NCBI GenBank assembly: GCA_963700635.1
Contig: CAVOYH010000003.1
Coordinates: 736,001-800,000 of the forward strand
Direction of reading: 5' to 3'
Source: an uncultured Bacteroidota bacterium
Lineage (GTDB): Bacteria; Bacteroidota; Ignavibacteria; UBA10030; UBA6906
Length of the DNA: 64,000 nucleotides
The notes beneath the pieces are model-generated. The model was given only the letters and a program-made list of their open reading frames with translations, did not search any database and was not told where the DNA came from. Shown piece after piece: positions 19,185-31,764 of this stretch (position 1 is its first letter; every line of letters begins with the position of its first letter). The translations under genes and the position numbers were made by a program.

Positions 19185-21554
19185 GTGAAACGGAGTTCCT
19201 CTGTGCGTGTGTTTGCCCTCTATTTCCTTTTTTCCGCTGCCTTCATGCTGTTCACCCTGTTCATCGGGTGTGCACCAAAAGGACAGGATACACTCGTGGC
19301 CTCAATCGGCAAGACCCCAATCACGATAGCCGACTATGAAAAACTGTATGTGAAGAGTAATGGAAACGGTGAGGCAGGTGCAACGGCGACGCAGGAAGAC
19401 CGGGAGAAATTCCTCGACCTTATGGTAAAATACCGGAAGAAGCTCCTGTATGCCTACGAACAGGGAATGGATCATCGCCCCGAGCTGCGTGGAGAAATCC
19501 AGCAGTACAAGGGGAGTCTTGCCGCATCATACCTGACCGACCGGGAACTTGTGACCCCGGCCGTGAAGAAGATGTATGACCGCAGCCGTGAGGAGATCCG
19601 GGCCAGCCATATTTTGCTTACCTTCGCGCAGGGTGCAACCGCCGAAGACTCAGCAACAGTGCTCAAGCAGGCCGCTGAAATTATCGCCGAAGCGAAGGCG
19701 GGGAAAGATTTTGGTCAACTCGCCCTCAGTTATTCCCAGGATCCCAGCGCAAAGAGTAATCAGGGCGACCTGTATTATTTCACCGTTGGCCGGATGGTTC
19801 CGGAATTCGAACAAGCCGCATATGCACTGAAGAAGGGTGAAGTGACATCGTCTCCGATCTTTACACGCTTTGGCGCGCATATCCTCAAGATCTACGACCG
19901 GAAACCCTCGCCCGGCGAAACACATTGTAGTCACATTATGATCCGGTTCACGTCCCAGACTCCTTCACCTGAAGATACCATCGCAGCGCTGAACAGAATC
20001 ATGCTGCTCGGGGACAGTCTGGCAGCCGGGGCAGACTTTGCGGAACTGGCCAAACGCCACAGCGAAGATGGAGGTTCGGCTGACCGTGGCGGTGATCTCG
20101 GATGGTTTTCACGGGGACGCTGGCCGCAACCGTTCGATGAGGCGGCAATGTTCCTGAAACCAGGCGAGATCTCCTCCGTTATCCGCACCGCCTACGGTTA
20201 CCACCTGATACGCTGTGCGGAAACCCGTCCGCCGAAGACGTTTGAAGAGGCCCGTCAGGAGCTGCAGAATGTCTATCAGCAGCAACGTTTTCAGAGCGAA
20301 TACGCGGATTTTCTTGCCGGCATCAAGAAAGAGGTACACTACGTCCGCGTCGATTCCGTGGCACATCTCTTCACCACAGCGTTTGATTCCACCAGGACCA
20401 CCCGCGACAGCGGATGGGCGGATGAGCTGAGTCCAGAGTTCCGCCGCACGGCGATGTTCAGGTTCGCCAACGGCGGAGTGAGTGTTGACTCGGTTCTTTC
20501 TATTATAGGAAGTCATCTCGAATGGTCAAACCTTTCCCTCCATCGTATTACTCTGACCTCAACGCTCGACAAGGTCGCGGAGCAGCTGATATTCGCCGCA
20601 AAAGCTGACATCCTGGAAAAGAAGGACCCCGAGTTCGCTGCCCTCCTCCGCGAATACAAAGAAGGCATTTTGCTCTATCAGGCCGAACAGGAACTGGTGT
20701 GGAACCGGGTCGTCACAAACGACTCTTTGCTGCGTGAGTATTTTGAGAAGCACCGGGATGCCTATATGTATCCTGACCGGGTCCGGTTCTCGGAAATTCG
20801 CGCTGCGAGTGAATCCCAGGCGAAAAAGATATACGACAGGATCATGGCAGGAAACACGATCGAACGGATTGCCGCCGAGGACTCCGTTCGTATGAAACTT
20901 CCCTCCTCGTATGAAGTACGATTTGCCGCCGGCAGCAGTGTCCTCGGGAAATCTGCACTCACGACTATCGAAAAAGTGCGTGCTGCAATTCTTCGGGAGC
21001 CGGAGCTGCGCATCAAGCTTGTTGTTTCGCCTGATACCACCACCCAGAAAATCAAAAATGAAAAACTTGCTGCCCGCCAATTGGAGATGGTCCAGCGCCA
21101 CCTGACGGAAAAGTCCGGAATTGCCCCGGATGCCATCATGACCGAGCAGCGGCCGCAGCGTTTTGCGGCTGACAAGGTCAAAGACTCGGCCGGTGTGACA
21201 CGACGCGTGGAGATCCAGATTCTGGGGCGCCAGCCTCTGGTCATCAGTCAGATCGAGCACCACCTGCTCGCTCCAGCCTCTGACGATCGGGCCCGGCATG
21301 CCGATACGCTCGCGATCGGTGGTATTTCCATGCCGTTCTTCTTCAAAGTGGGGTATTCGATCGTCCGCCTCGATGGCCGCGAGCCGGCCAGGCAAAAGAC
21401 TCTTGAAGAGGCCGGAGCAGAGGTCAGCAGTCATTATCAGGATTATGAATCAAAACGACTGGAACAGGAGTGGATGGACCGTGTTGCTCAGGAACATCCA
21501 GTCACGTTGTATAAGGAAGCTCTCAGGCAAGCGTTTGCACCTCCCCGGAAATAG
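19185..21554 (+). CDS. Parvulin-type peptidylprolyl isomerase lipoprotein with an inserted OmpA-like domain
   Basis: Lipobox-like FIGC; two rotamase domains (IRASHIL...GDLYYF...FGAHIL; CSHIMI...GGDLGWF...YGYHLI); a third degenerate domain is split by an OmpA_C-like segment. Confidence 0.85.
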   Translation: MKRSSSVRVFALYFLFSAAFMLFTLFIGCAPKGQDTLVASIGKTPITIADYEKLYVKSNGNGEAGATATQEDREKFLDLMVKYRKKLLYAYEQGMDHRPELRGEIQQYKGSLAASYLTDRELVTPAVKKMYDRSREEIRASHILLTFAQGATAEDSATVLKQAAEIIAEAKAGKDFGQLALSYSQDPSAKSNQGDLYYFTVGRMVPEFEQAAYALKKGEVTSSPIFTRFGAHILKIYDRKPSPGETHCSHIMIRFTSQTPSPEDTIAALNRIMLLGDSLAAGADFAELAKRHSEDGGSADRGGDLGWFSRGRWPQPFDEAAMFLKPGEISSVIRTAYGYHLIRCAETRPPKTFEEARQELQNVYQQQRFQSEYADFLAGIKKEVHYVRVDSVAHLFTTAFDSTRTTRDSGWADELSPEFRRTAMFRFANGGVSVDSVLSIIGSHLEWSNLSLHRITLTSTLDKVAEQLIFAAKADILEKKDPEFAALLREYKEGILLYQAEQELVWNRVVTNDSLLREYFEKHRDAYMYPDRVRFSEIRAASESQAKKIYDRIMAGNTIERIAAEDSVRMKLPSSYEVRFAAGSSVLGKSALTTIEKVRAAILREPELRIKLVVSPDTTTQKIKNEKLAARQLEMVQRHLTEKSGIAPDAIMTEQRPQRFAADKVKDSAGVTRRVEIQILGRQPLVISQIEHHLLAPASDDRARHADTLAIGGISMPFFFKVGYSIVRLDGREPARQKTLEEAGAEVSSHYQDYESKRLEQEWMDRVAQEHPVTLYKEALRQAFAPPRK

Positions 21555-22422
21555 CGGTAGTCGATCTCTGCTTGCCACATTCGCTCTTGTGCTCCTGATT
21601 TTTGGAGGCGGATGCGGTGATGCCGGAAAACGTGGTGCGTTCGTGGCCCGGGTGAACAACTCCGTACTCACGGAAGACGACATCGCTCTTTCCCGCGACT
21701 CTCTCGGAGAACCTGCCACACTGTCGCGTGAGTATGTTAATGAGTGGATCGTCGCCGAGATGCTCTATCAGGAAGCGGAACGGCGTGGAATCGCAGATGC
21801 GCCGGAGTTTCAGCAACAGCTCGCCCTGACACGCAAACGGCTCGCCGTCGCAGCTCTGCTCCAGCGGGAGGTCTACGCCTCAATCGATACCAACGCTATT
21901 ACCAATGAGGCGATAGTGCAGTCTTTTGCCGCGTCAGGGCCTGCCTTTGCACTTCGTGAGGATCTGGTTCAAGCGAGTCTAGCACTGTTCCGCGACCGGG
22001 ACGCGGCAAATGTGTTCCGCTCACAGATGCTCAGGGGGTCCTCCTGGGAAGAGAGTCTCCGTACGATACGCGCTGATACAACACAGCGAATACAGATTGT
22101 CCGGACCGACGAGCAAAGGTATTTCACCCGTGCCACGATGTACCCCGAAGAGCTCTGGAAACTGGCACGTAGTCTTCCCCGCGAGGAGGTCTCCTTCCCG
22201 CTGCGCACCCCCGAAGGGTACTACCTGATCCGTGTACACAGGACTCTGCGGCAGGGCGAACTGCCACCGCTGGAATATGTCCGTGCAGAAGTGCGCGAAT
22301 ACCTCATGATGGACCTCCGCCGTCAGCGTTATGAGGATTTTGTCGGAGCACTACGCGGAAAACACAGGGTAGATATTCGTGAGACCAGCGCCGATTCAGG
22401 CGCTTCACTGGAAAAGGAGTAA
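21535..22422 (+). CDS. SurA/PpiC-like lipoprotein with a degenerate rotamase domain
   Basis: Hydrophobic signal ending GGGC; VARVN, EWIVAEMLYQEA, VSFPLRTPEGYYLI. Probable TTG start 21535; the ORF-track start overlaps the upstream gene. Confidence 0.7.
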   Translation: MHLPGNSGSRSLLATFALVLLIFGGGCGDAGKRGAFVARVNNSVLTEDDIALSRDSLGEPATLSREYVNEWIVAEMLYQEAERRGIADAPEFQQQLALTRKRLAVAALLQREVYASIDTNAITNEAIVQSFAASGPAFALREDLVQASLALFRDRDAANVFRSQMLRGSSWEESLRTIRADTTQRIQIVRTDEQRYFTRATMYPEELWKLARSLPREEVSFPLRTPEGYYLIRVHRTLRQGELPPLEYVRAEVREYLMMDLRRQRYEDFVGALRGKHRVDIRETSADSGASLEKE

Positions 22423-22425
22423 AGA

Positions 22426-23712
22426 ATGCGTGCTGTACGTGTCGTGCTGTTCCCGGTCGTGATGGTACCGATGATCCTCGGTATGTGGTCTGCTGTCCCT
22501 GCGCAGACGCTTGACAGGATTGTCGCTGTCGTGGAAAAGGATCCCATCCTGGAGTCCGAGCTTGACGCACAGATCCAGTTCTTTGTGATGAACAACCGTA
22601 TGGATCCGAAAACTCCTGGATTGCGTGATCAGGTGCTGCAGTCCATGATCAGTGAGAAACTGATTATCGCAAAGGCGATTGAAGACAGCGTTGTGGTCAC
22701 CGACGAGGAAGTCAGGCAGCAACTCGATGCGGCAATCCAGTCGCGCATCCAGCAGGTTGGATCAGAGGCGCGGCTCGAAGAAGTGTACGGCATGCCGCTC
22801 AGCCGGATCAAGCGCGAGTATCGTGACGAAATGCGGAAAAACCTGCTTGCACAGAAGCTTCAGCAACAACGATTTGGATCGTCCCAGATCGGCCGTTTTG
22901 AAGTCGAAGAGTTCTACCGGACGTATCGCGACAGCCTTCCCAGGGTCCCTGAGGAAGTGGAGCTTGCCCATGTTTTTATCAAACCGAAGTTCGGGGAAGC
23001 AGAAAGAACTGCGGCACGGGCAACAATGCAGAAGATCCTGGACAGTCTTGCCGCGGGAGTTGACTTTGCCGACCTGGCGCAACGCCATTCTGAGGATCCC
23101 GGCTCCGCACCCCAGGGCGGTAATCTGGGTCTCGTCCGGCGCGGTCAGTTTGTCAAGGAATTTGAAAGTGCCGTCTTCAGTCTGGGCGAGGGACAGACTT
23201 CCAGTATTGTCGAGACGGAACTGGGGATGCACTTGATTCAGCTTCTGGAACGCCGCGGGGATGCTGTGCGGGCACGTCATATTCTGAAGCGCATCCAGCG
23301 CACCGAGGAGGGGGATTCTTCCACCATCCGCCTGCTTGACTCACTCAGGCTGCGGATACTCGCAGGAGAGAATGTCGCCGAGCTCGCAAAGAGATTCTCC
23401 GAGGATAAAGAAACAAATCTTCTCGGCGGGTCGCTCGGCACGCTCGAATTCGAGCAGCTTGACAAAAACTGGTACTCGACGGTTGCCCCTCTCGCGACCG
23501 GCGACGTGAGTATGCCGGCTCGCCTTCCGATCGGGAATTCCTACGGCTACCACATTGTCGTCATGCGCAAACGTATACCGGCACATACGATGACCCTGGA
23601 TCAGGACTATCACAAGCTCGAACAGATTGCGCTGAACTACAAGCGGACCAGGGACTATCAGGCCTGGCTTGACGATCTCCGCACCAGAATCTACTGGAAG
23701 ATTTACCCCTAA
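22426..23712 (+). CDS. surA: SurA-like periplasmic chaperone/PPIase
   Basis: Signal peptide; LDRIVAVV...ILESE SurA N-domain; two rotamase domains (HSEDPGSAPQGGNLG; ARHILK...YGYHIV). Confidence 0.8.
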   Translation: MRAVRVVLFPVVMVPMILGMWSAVPAQTLDRIVAVVEKDPILESELDAQIQFFVMNNRMDPKTPGLRDQVLQSMISEKLIIAKAIEDSVVVTDEEVRQQLDAAIQSRIQQVGSEARLEEVYGMPLSRIKREYRDEMRKNLLAQKLQQQRFGSSQIGRFEVEEFYRTYRDSLPRVPEEVELAHVFIKPKFGEAERTAARATMQKILDSLAAGVDFADLAQRHSEDPGSAPQGGNLGLVRRGQFVKEFESAVFSLGEGQTSSIVETELGMHLIQLLERRGDAVRARHILKRIQRTEEGDSSTIRLLDSLRLRILAGENVAELAKRFSEDKETNLLGGSLGTLEFEQLDKNWYSTVAPLATGDVSMPARLPIGNSYGYHIVVMRKRIPAHTMTLDQDYHKLEQIALNYKRTRDYQAWLDDLRTRIYWKIYP

Positions 23713-23729
23713 CCAAAAGGATATACTGT

Positions 23730-24740
23730 TTGTCAGCACGACCTGCACATCCGGCCGGCCCGTATGACGTTGAAGAGGCACAGCGCCTGAAGGAAGCATA
23801 CGACAGCCTTCGCACTGAAATCGCAAAAGTGATTATCGGCCAGGACGCTGTCATTGAGCATATGCTCATTGCCCTTCTTTCACGCGGCCATTGCCTTCTG
23901 GTTGGCGTCCCGGGACTGGCAAAGACGCTCCTGATTCGCACGCTCGCTCAGGTTCTTGACCTGAAGTTCAACCGCATTCAGTTTACGCCGGACCTTATGC
24001 CGAGCGACATCACCGGGACGGAAATCATTGAAGACAAACCCGGTACCGGATCAAAGACGTTCCGCTTTGTCCATGGCCCTGTATTCGCAAACATCGTCCT
24101 TGCCGATGAGATAAACCGTACTCCCCCGAAAACACAGGCAGCACTGCTCGAAGCGATGCAGGAACACCGCGTTACCGCCGCGGGCACCACCTATACCCTG
24201 GCCGAGCCGTTCTTTGTGCTGGCAACACAGAATCCGATCGAGCAGGAAGGCACCTACCCTCTTCCCGAAGCCCAGTTGGACCGATTCATGTTTAATCTCT
24301 GGCTTGACTATCCATCCCCGGAAGAAGAAGTGCAGATCGTGAAGTCGACGACCAGTCTGCACACGCCAGCACCGCGTCATGTTCTTACCGGTCCTCAGAT
24401 CGGCGCGTTTCAGGATCTTGTGCGCCGTGTTCCGGTCGCTGACAACGTACTGGAGTATGCCGTTCGCCTGGTCCGTGGAAGCCGCCCCCGTGCGTCAGAC
24501 GCGCCGCAGTTTGTCAAAGACTGGATCCGCTGGGGAGCCGGTCCACGTGCATCGCAGTATCTCATTCTGGGTGCCAAAACCCGGGCCCTCCTCACGGGAC
24601 GGCACACCCCGGATATTGACGACGTCCGTCTCCTTGCCGGACCGACGCTGCGGCACCGCCTGGTCACAAATTTTACCGCAGAAGCAGATGGCGTAACGGC
24701 GATAGAAATCGTTGATCGGCTTGTGCGTGAACTTCCCTGA
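23730..24740 (+). CDS. MoxR family AAA+ ATPase
   Basis: GVPGLAKT, RIQFTPDLMPSDITG, DEINRTPPKTQ, ATQNPIEQEGTYPLPEAQLDRF. Confidence 0.95.
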   Translation: MSARPAHPAGPYDVEEAQRLKEAYDSLRTEIAKVIIGQDAVIEHMLIALLSRGHCLLVGVPGLAKTLLIRTLAQVLDLKFNRIQFTPDLMPSDITGTEIIEDKPGTGSKTFRFVHGPVFANIVLADEINRTPPKTQAALLEAMQEHRVTAAGTTYTLAEPFFVLATQNPIEQEGTYPLPEAQLDRFMFNLWLDYPSPEEEVQIVKSTTSLHTPAPRHVLTGPQIGAFQDLVRRVPVADNVLEYAVRLVRGSRPRASDAPQFVKDWIRWGAGPRASQYLILGAKTRALLTGRHTPDIDDVRLLAGPTLRHRLVTNFTAEADGVTAIEIVDRLVRELP

Positions 24741-24745
24741 CATCT

Positions 24746-26914
24746 ATGCCGCAGGTTGACATCCAACTCGGCGCTTCTCCGTTGTTTGCGCTGCTGGCCC
24801 TTGGACTCGCCGCCCTTCTGGCATATCTGTATTACCGGACAACTCTGCCGCCGATCTCAGGCAGCAGGCGATGGCTTCTGCTTGTCCTCCGGGGCACAAC
24901 GCTCGCATTTCTTCTCCTCCTGCTGCTCGAACCGATTGTCAGGGTTGTCTCCACGACATCCCACCCCCCGGTGCTTACCGTTCTGATCGACAACAGCAAG
25001 AGTCTCTCCATGACCGATGCGCTGGGTCACCGGCCCACCATCGTGCGTACTGTCCTCGGGGCACCGGTCATCCAGCGTATCGCTGACTTTGCGAATGTGC
25101 GGTACGCCGCTTTTGGCATCGCAGCCCGGGATGTCGATCCCGACAGTCTTGCCGTGCTGGGATTCTCGGACGACGGAACTGATCTTGCCTCCGCCATCCG
25201 GTCATACAGTGCTGGCTCTGCCACTCTCAGGTCAAACGCCCTGCTTGTCATCAGCGACGGTGTCTCTACCATCGGCCAGAATCCGGTGCACGGGGCTGAG
25301 GGATATGGAATACCTCTCTATACGGTAGGGATCGGCGATACGACCGAACAACGCGACGTCGCCATCACGGACGTTTCCACCAATGCTGTGGTGTATAGCG
25401 GAGTCTCCACTCCCGTTGATGTGATACTCAAGAGCAGCGGATACCCCGGACGGCAGGTGGAAATCACGCTGGCCAACAACTCGACAATCCTTGATCGCGC
25501 ACAACTTGTCCTCCAGGATGGAACCCGGGAATATGCGGTCAGACTTTCGTACATCCCGGAAGCTGATGGGATTCAGTCGTACGTCATTCACGTGTCTTCC
25601 CTGCCTGAGGAGCTGACGGAAAAAAACAACACGCACACTTTTGCTGTTCGTGTACGGAAGAGCAAACTTCGAATCCTGATGGTCGCAGGAATTCCGTCAC
25701 CCGATGTGGCCGTGCTCCGCCAGACGCTTGGCGAGGTGGACCAGTTTTCCATCCAGTCCTTCACGCAAACTCCGACAGGTGATTTTTATGAAGGCTCCCT
25801 GGCAGCGCAGGCTGCGGACTCCGCTGACTGTCTGATCCTCCTTGGTTTTCCCACACGTACAACAAGGGCGGCGGTCTCGGACATGCTCGTTTCAACGATC
25901 CAGACACGCCGACTGCCCGTCCTGATCCAGGTCTCAAAGAGTACAGATGTGTCGCAACTCGACCGTTGGGCGAACGTGCTGCCTTTTGTCATCCAGGGGT
26001 CGCCTTCAGCAGAGTACGAAGCGACGGTGGATGCGGCGGAGCTGGAACGACTGACCCCGGTGCTCACGCCCGAATATCCTGAAGGAAGCGACCCGTGGGC
26101 ACAGCTGCCACCGTTGTTCAGCATGCGCCTCCCTCTCCGGGTCCGCCCCGATGCCGTCGTCCACGCCACAACCCGCGCACGCGGACAGATGTCAGCGGAG
26201 CCTGTCATCATCTCGCGACGCGCGCAACGTCAGCGCGTGATGGCATTTGTGCTGCACGGATTATGGCGTTGGCGCTTGATGGCCCAGCGTTCCCCTTCCA
26301 CGCAGACGTTCTTTTCTGCATTCCTCTCCAATGCGGTACACTGGCTTACTACGCCCGATGAATCGGGTCCTGTGATCGCCCGCCCTGTTAAGGAATCCTT
26401 TGCTCAAGGGGAACCGATGGTCTTTCGCGCGGAAGTGTACGATACCAGGCAGCGACCCGTTGATGACGCGGAAGTACGAATTGTTGTGCGGCGTGGCGGG
26501 CAGGGTGTGGCGGGGTTGTTGCTCCCCCGGGGGAACGGACGATATGAAGGCGAGACGCCAGGTCTCCACACCGACGGCGCGGCAACGTACCGGGTTACGG
26601 CAACAAAGGCCGGTTCCATCTCAGGGAGTGATAGCGGGCAGGTTCAGGTGAGCGGCACGGCAATTGAATTCCTCCATACCCGCATGGACAGTGATGTTCT
26701 CCGACAGCTGGCATTGAGAACGGGAGGAGTATTCTTGAGGCCGGAGTCTGTCGGAGATCTGGACTCTCTTCTCACAATCCAACCATCATTTGCACCGCAC
26801 ATGACCACGTCAGCCTATGAGCTGCATTTCCGGAGCTGGCCGTGGTACGCGGCGTTGATTGTCATTCTGCTTGCGGTTGAATGGATACTCCGCAAACGCA
26901 GCGGGATGATCTAA
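24746..26914 (+). CDS. Membrane-anchored VWA-domain protein (MoxR partner)
   Basis: Two N-terminal TMs; MIDAS-like DNSKS, T and SDG; Ig-like segment ending E-x-T-x-x-NN; LWRW; C-terminal TM ending EWILRKR. Confidence 0.75.
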   Translation: MPQVDIQLGASPLFALLALGLAALLAYLYYRTTLPPISGSRRWLLLVLRGTTLAFLLLLLLEPIVRVVSTTSHPPVLTVLIDNSKSLSMTDALGHRPTIVRTVLGAPVIQRIADFANVRYAAFGIAARDVDPDSLAVLGFSDDGTDLASAIRSYSAGSATLRSNALLVISDGVSTIGQNPVHGAEGYGIPLYTVGIGDTTEQRDVAITDVSTNAVVYSGVSTPVDVILKSSGYPGRQVEITLANNSTILDRAQLVLQDGTREYAVRLSYIPEADGIQSYVIHVSSLPEELTEKNNTHTFAVRVRKSKLRILMVAGIPSPDVAVLRQTLGEVDQFSIQSFTQTPTGDFYEGSLAAQAADSADCLILLGFPTRTTRAAVSDMLVSTIQTRRLPVLIQVSKSTDVSQLDRWANVLPFVIQGSPSAEYEATVDAAELERLTPVLTPEYPEGSDPWAQLPPLFSMRLPLRVRPDAVVHATTRARGQMSAEPVIISRRAQRQRVMAFVLHGLWRWRLMAQRSPSTQTFFSAFLSNAVHWLTTPDESGPVIARPVKESFAQGEPMVFRAEVYDTRQRPVDDAEVRIVVRRGGQGVAGLLLPRGNGRYEGETPGLHTDGAATYRVTATKAGSISGSDSGQVQVSGTAIEFLHTRMDSDVLRQLALRTGGVFLRPESVGDLDSLLTIQPSFAPHMTTSAYELHFRSWPWYAALIVILLAVEWILRKRSGMI

Positions 26915-29631
26915 CGCCGTCCTTTTTGTTTCCTCTTTGGTGCGGACTTTTTCACCGGTTTCGGTTTCGGTTTCGGTTTCGGGGCTGCGGTCTTCTTTTT
27001 TGCAGGCGGCGGGGGGGGTGCTTTTTTCTTCCCGGCGGACTGTGTCTCTGCGCCACGGACGTCAGCCTTCTTCGGTGTCACTTTCCCCTTCCGCTTTCCG
27101 GGGTTTTTTTTTTCATCACCATCGAACAGACTGATCTGCGGCCCGTTGCCATCTCCGTTATCTCCGCCCCCGGTTTTTGCGCCGTTGACGCTGATCGAGT
27201 CATCGTCATCGGAGGGCACGCTGGCGACATCGGATACCGCATCACCGGCATCCAGTTTGATGAGGCGCACGCCCTGCGTGTTCCGGCCTGCGACGCGGAT
27301 ATCGCTGGCGTGCTGGCGGATTACCACACCACGGTCGGTCACGATCACGACGTCGTCTTTTTCTTTCACCTCTTTGATGGCGATCATACGGCCGGTCTTG
27401 TCCGTCGTCTTGACTGTAAAGATCCCTTTCCCGCCCCGGTGGCTGATCCGGTATTCGTCGGTTTCGCTCCGTTTGCCAAAACCTTTTACGGTGGCGACAA
27501 GGATTGTTGTTCCGGACCTTCGCAGCACCACCGCTCCGACCACGCGATCGTTTTTTCCCAACCGTATGCCGCGTACTCCTCCCGCAGCCCGCCCCATGGT
27601 ACGCACCTCCTGTTCGGGAAAACGGACAGCCATACCGTCAGACGTTCCTATCACGACGTGCTGTTTTCCATCCGTAAGGTGGACATCGATGAGGTTGTCC
27701 CCTTTGGCGAGCCCGATGGCATTGATACCACTTTTGCGGGGATTACTAAATTCTTTGAGGAGCGATTTCTTGATGTTTCCTTTTTGTGTGACCATCAGGA
27801 CATTGAGTGGCGCATCGAAGGCTTTTACCGCGACATACGCAACAATAGTTTCGCCGCTCCCCTTTGAGACCAGGTTGGCAACGGATTTTCCGCGAGCGGC
27901 CCTGCTTCCTTCCGGGATCTCGAAGACCTTCAACCAGTAGCAACGCCCCCGGTCCGTAAAGAGCAGGATGTACTCGTGCGTTGAGGCGATAAACATCGCC
28001 TCGATAAAATCGTCTTCTTTGGTCGTTGCCCCGCTGCTGCCGCGTCCACCGCGCGACTGCCTCCGGTATCCGCTCACGGGAGATCGTTTGACAAAACCGT
28101 TATGGCTGATGGTGATGACCACCTGCTCTTCAGCAATCATATCTTCGATGCTGAACTCTTCGGCCTTGTACACGATCTCCGTCCGCCGCTCGTCGCCATA
28201 CTTATCTTTGATTTGTTGCAGTTCTTCGCGTATGATCTGCAATTGAAGCTGTTTGTTCTTCAGAATCGCCTTGAGGCGTTCGATGAGTTTAATCGTTTCA
28301 CGGTACTCATCTTCAATCTTTTTCCGCTCCAATCCGGTCAGGCGCTGCAGGCGCATGTCCAGAATCGCTTTTGCCTGGATCTCCGAGAGCTTGAACTTCT
28401 TCATCATACCGATCTTCGCCGTTTCCGCATCGCGGGACGCTTTGATCAGTTTGATGATCGCGTCGATATTGTCGAGCGCGATAATATATCCCTCAAGGAT
28501 ATGTGCGCGCTTTTCCGCTTCGTCGAGTTCGAACTTGGATCGCCGCACAACCACCTCATTGCGGTGTGCAATGAAGTGCTGCATCATTTCCTTCAGCGTA
28601 AGCACTTTCGGCCGACCATCGACAAGCGCCAGCATGTTGACGCCGAACGTGGTCTGCATCTGGGTGTGCTTGTACAGGTTATTGAGAATCACGTCCGCAT
28701 TGGCATCACGGCGCAGGTCGATCACGATACGGAGTCCATCCCTGTCTGATTCGTCGCGGATGTCGGCGATATCTTCCAGTTTTTTGTCATTCACCATATC
28801 CGCGATTTTTTCGATCAGGTTGGCCTTGTTGACCTGGTACGGGATCTCGGTGACGATGATACTCTGGCGTTCGTTTTTTCCTGTTTCGATGGACGCACGC
28901 GCCCGTACCACAATACGTCCCCGGCCGGTCATATACGCACTTTTGACACCGTCATAGCCGTAGATGATGCCGCCCGTCGGGAAATCCGGCGCTTTGACAA
29001 ACTTCATCATCCGCTCATTGTCAAGGTTTTCGTCCTTGATCAGGGCGATACAGCCATCGATGACTTCATTGAGGTTGTGCGGGGGGATGTTGGTGGCCAT
29101 GCCAACGGCAATTCCGCTGGAGCCGTTCACCAGGAGGTTGGGCACCATGGCCGGAAGCACAGAAGGCTCCCGGAGGGTATCATCAAAATTCGGGACGAAC
29201 TCGACAGTGTTCTTGTCCAGGTCGCGCAGCATCTCTTCGGCAACACGGGCCAACCGGGCTTCCGTATATCGCATGGCCGCAGCTGAGTCGCCGTCCACCG
29301 ATCCGAAGTTTCCCTGACCGTCCACCAGGGGGTAGCGCATCGAAAAATCCTGGGCCATGCGGACCATGGTATCGTACACTGCGGCATCACCGTGAGGGTG
29401 ATACTTGCCGAGCACTTCGCCGACGATACGTGCGGACTTTTTGTACGGCCGGCTTGCAGCGAGGCCAAGATCCTGCATGCCGAACAACACACGCCGGTGA
29501 ACCGGTTTTAGTCCATCCCGGACATCCGGCAGCGCGCGGGAGACGATCACCGACATCGAATAGTCGATGTAGGATCCGCGCATTTCGTCTTCAATATCAA
29601 CAGGGACTATTTTTTCGCTGAGGGTTGCCAT
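26911..29631 (-). CDS. gyrA: DNA gyrase subunit A with a long low-complexity C-terminal tail
   Basis: [19 protein letters not shown] (catalytic Tyr), GyrA-box QSRGGRG; adjacent to gyrB. Confidence 0.97.
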   Translation of the reverse strand: MATLSEKIVPVDIEDEMRGSYIDYSMSVIVSRALPDVRDGLKPVHRRVLFGMQDLGLAASRPYKKSARIVGEVLGKYHPHGDAAVYDTMVRMAQDFSMRYPLVDGQGNFGSVDGDSAAAMRYTEARLARVAEEMLRDLDKNTVEFVPNFDDTLREPSVLPAMVPNLLVNGSSGIAVGMATNIPPHNLNEVIDGCIALIKDENLDNERMMKFVKAPDFPTGGIIYGYDGVKSAYMTGRGRIVVRARASIETGKNERQSIIVTEIPYQVNKANLIEKIADMVNDKKLEDIADIRDESDRDGLRIVIDLRRDANADVILNNLYKHTQMQTTFGVNMLALVDGRPKVLTLKEMMQHFIAHRNEVVVRRSKFELDEAEKRAHILEGYIIALDNIDAIIKLIKASRDAETAKIGMMKKFKLSEIQAKAILDMRLQRLTGLERKKIEDEYRETIKLIERLKAILKNKQLQLQIIREELQQIKDKYGDERRTEIVYKAEEFSIEDMIAEEQVVITISHNGFVKRSPVSGYRRQSRGGRGSSGATTKEDDFIEAMFIASTHEYILLFTDRGRCYWLKVFEIPEGSRAARGKSVANLVSKGSGETIVAYVAVKAFDAPLNVLMVTQKGNIKKSLLKEFSNPRKSGINAIGLAKGDNLIDVHLTDGKQHVVIGTSDGMAVRFPEQEVRTMGRAAGGVRGIRLGKNDRVVGAVVLRRSGTTILVATVKGFGKRSETDEYRISHRGGKGIFTVKTTDKTGRMIAIKEVKEKDDVVIVTDRGVVIRQHASDIRVAGRNTQGVRLIKLDAGDAVSDVASVPSDDDDSISVNGAKTGGGDNGDGNGPQISLFDGDEKKNPGKRKGKVTPKKADVRGAETQSAGKKKAPPPPPAKKKTAAPKPKPKPKPVKKSAPKRKQKGRR
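26956..26982. repeat. (CGGTTT)4.5 tandem repeat encoding PKPKPKPKP in the GyrA tail
   Basis: Read directly from the sequence. Confidence 0.9.
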
Positions 29632-29655
29632 ACCAGAAGTCTCTTTGTAAGGTTC

Positions 29656-31764
<2,109 letters not shown>

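Noticed and set aside
21298-21534. Long N-terminal extension of the second parvulin-like gene
   Set aside because: It overlaps the upstream CDS; the signal peptide implies a start near 21535.
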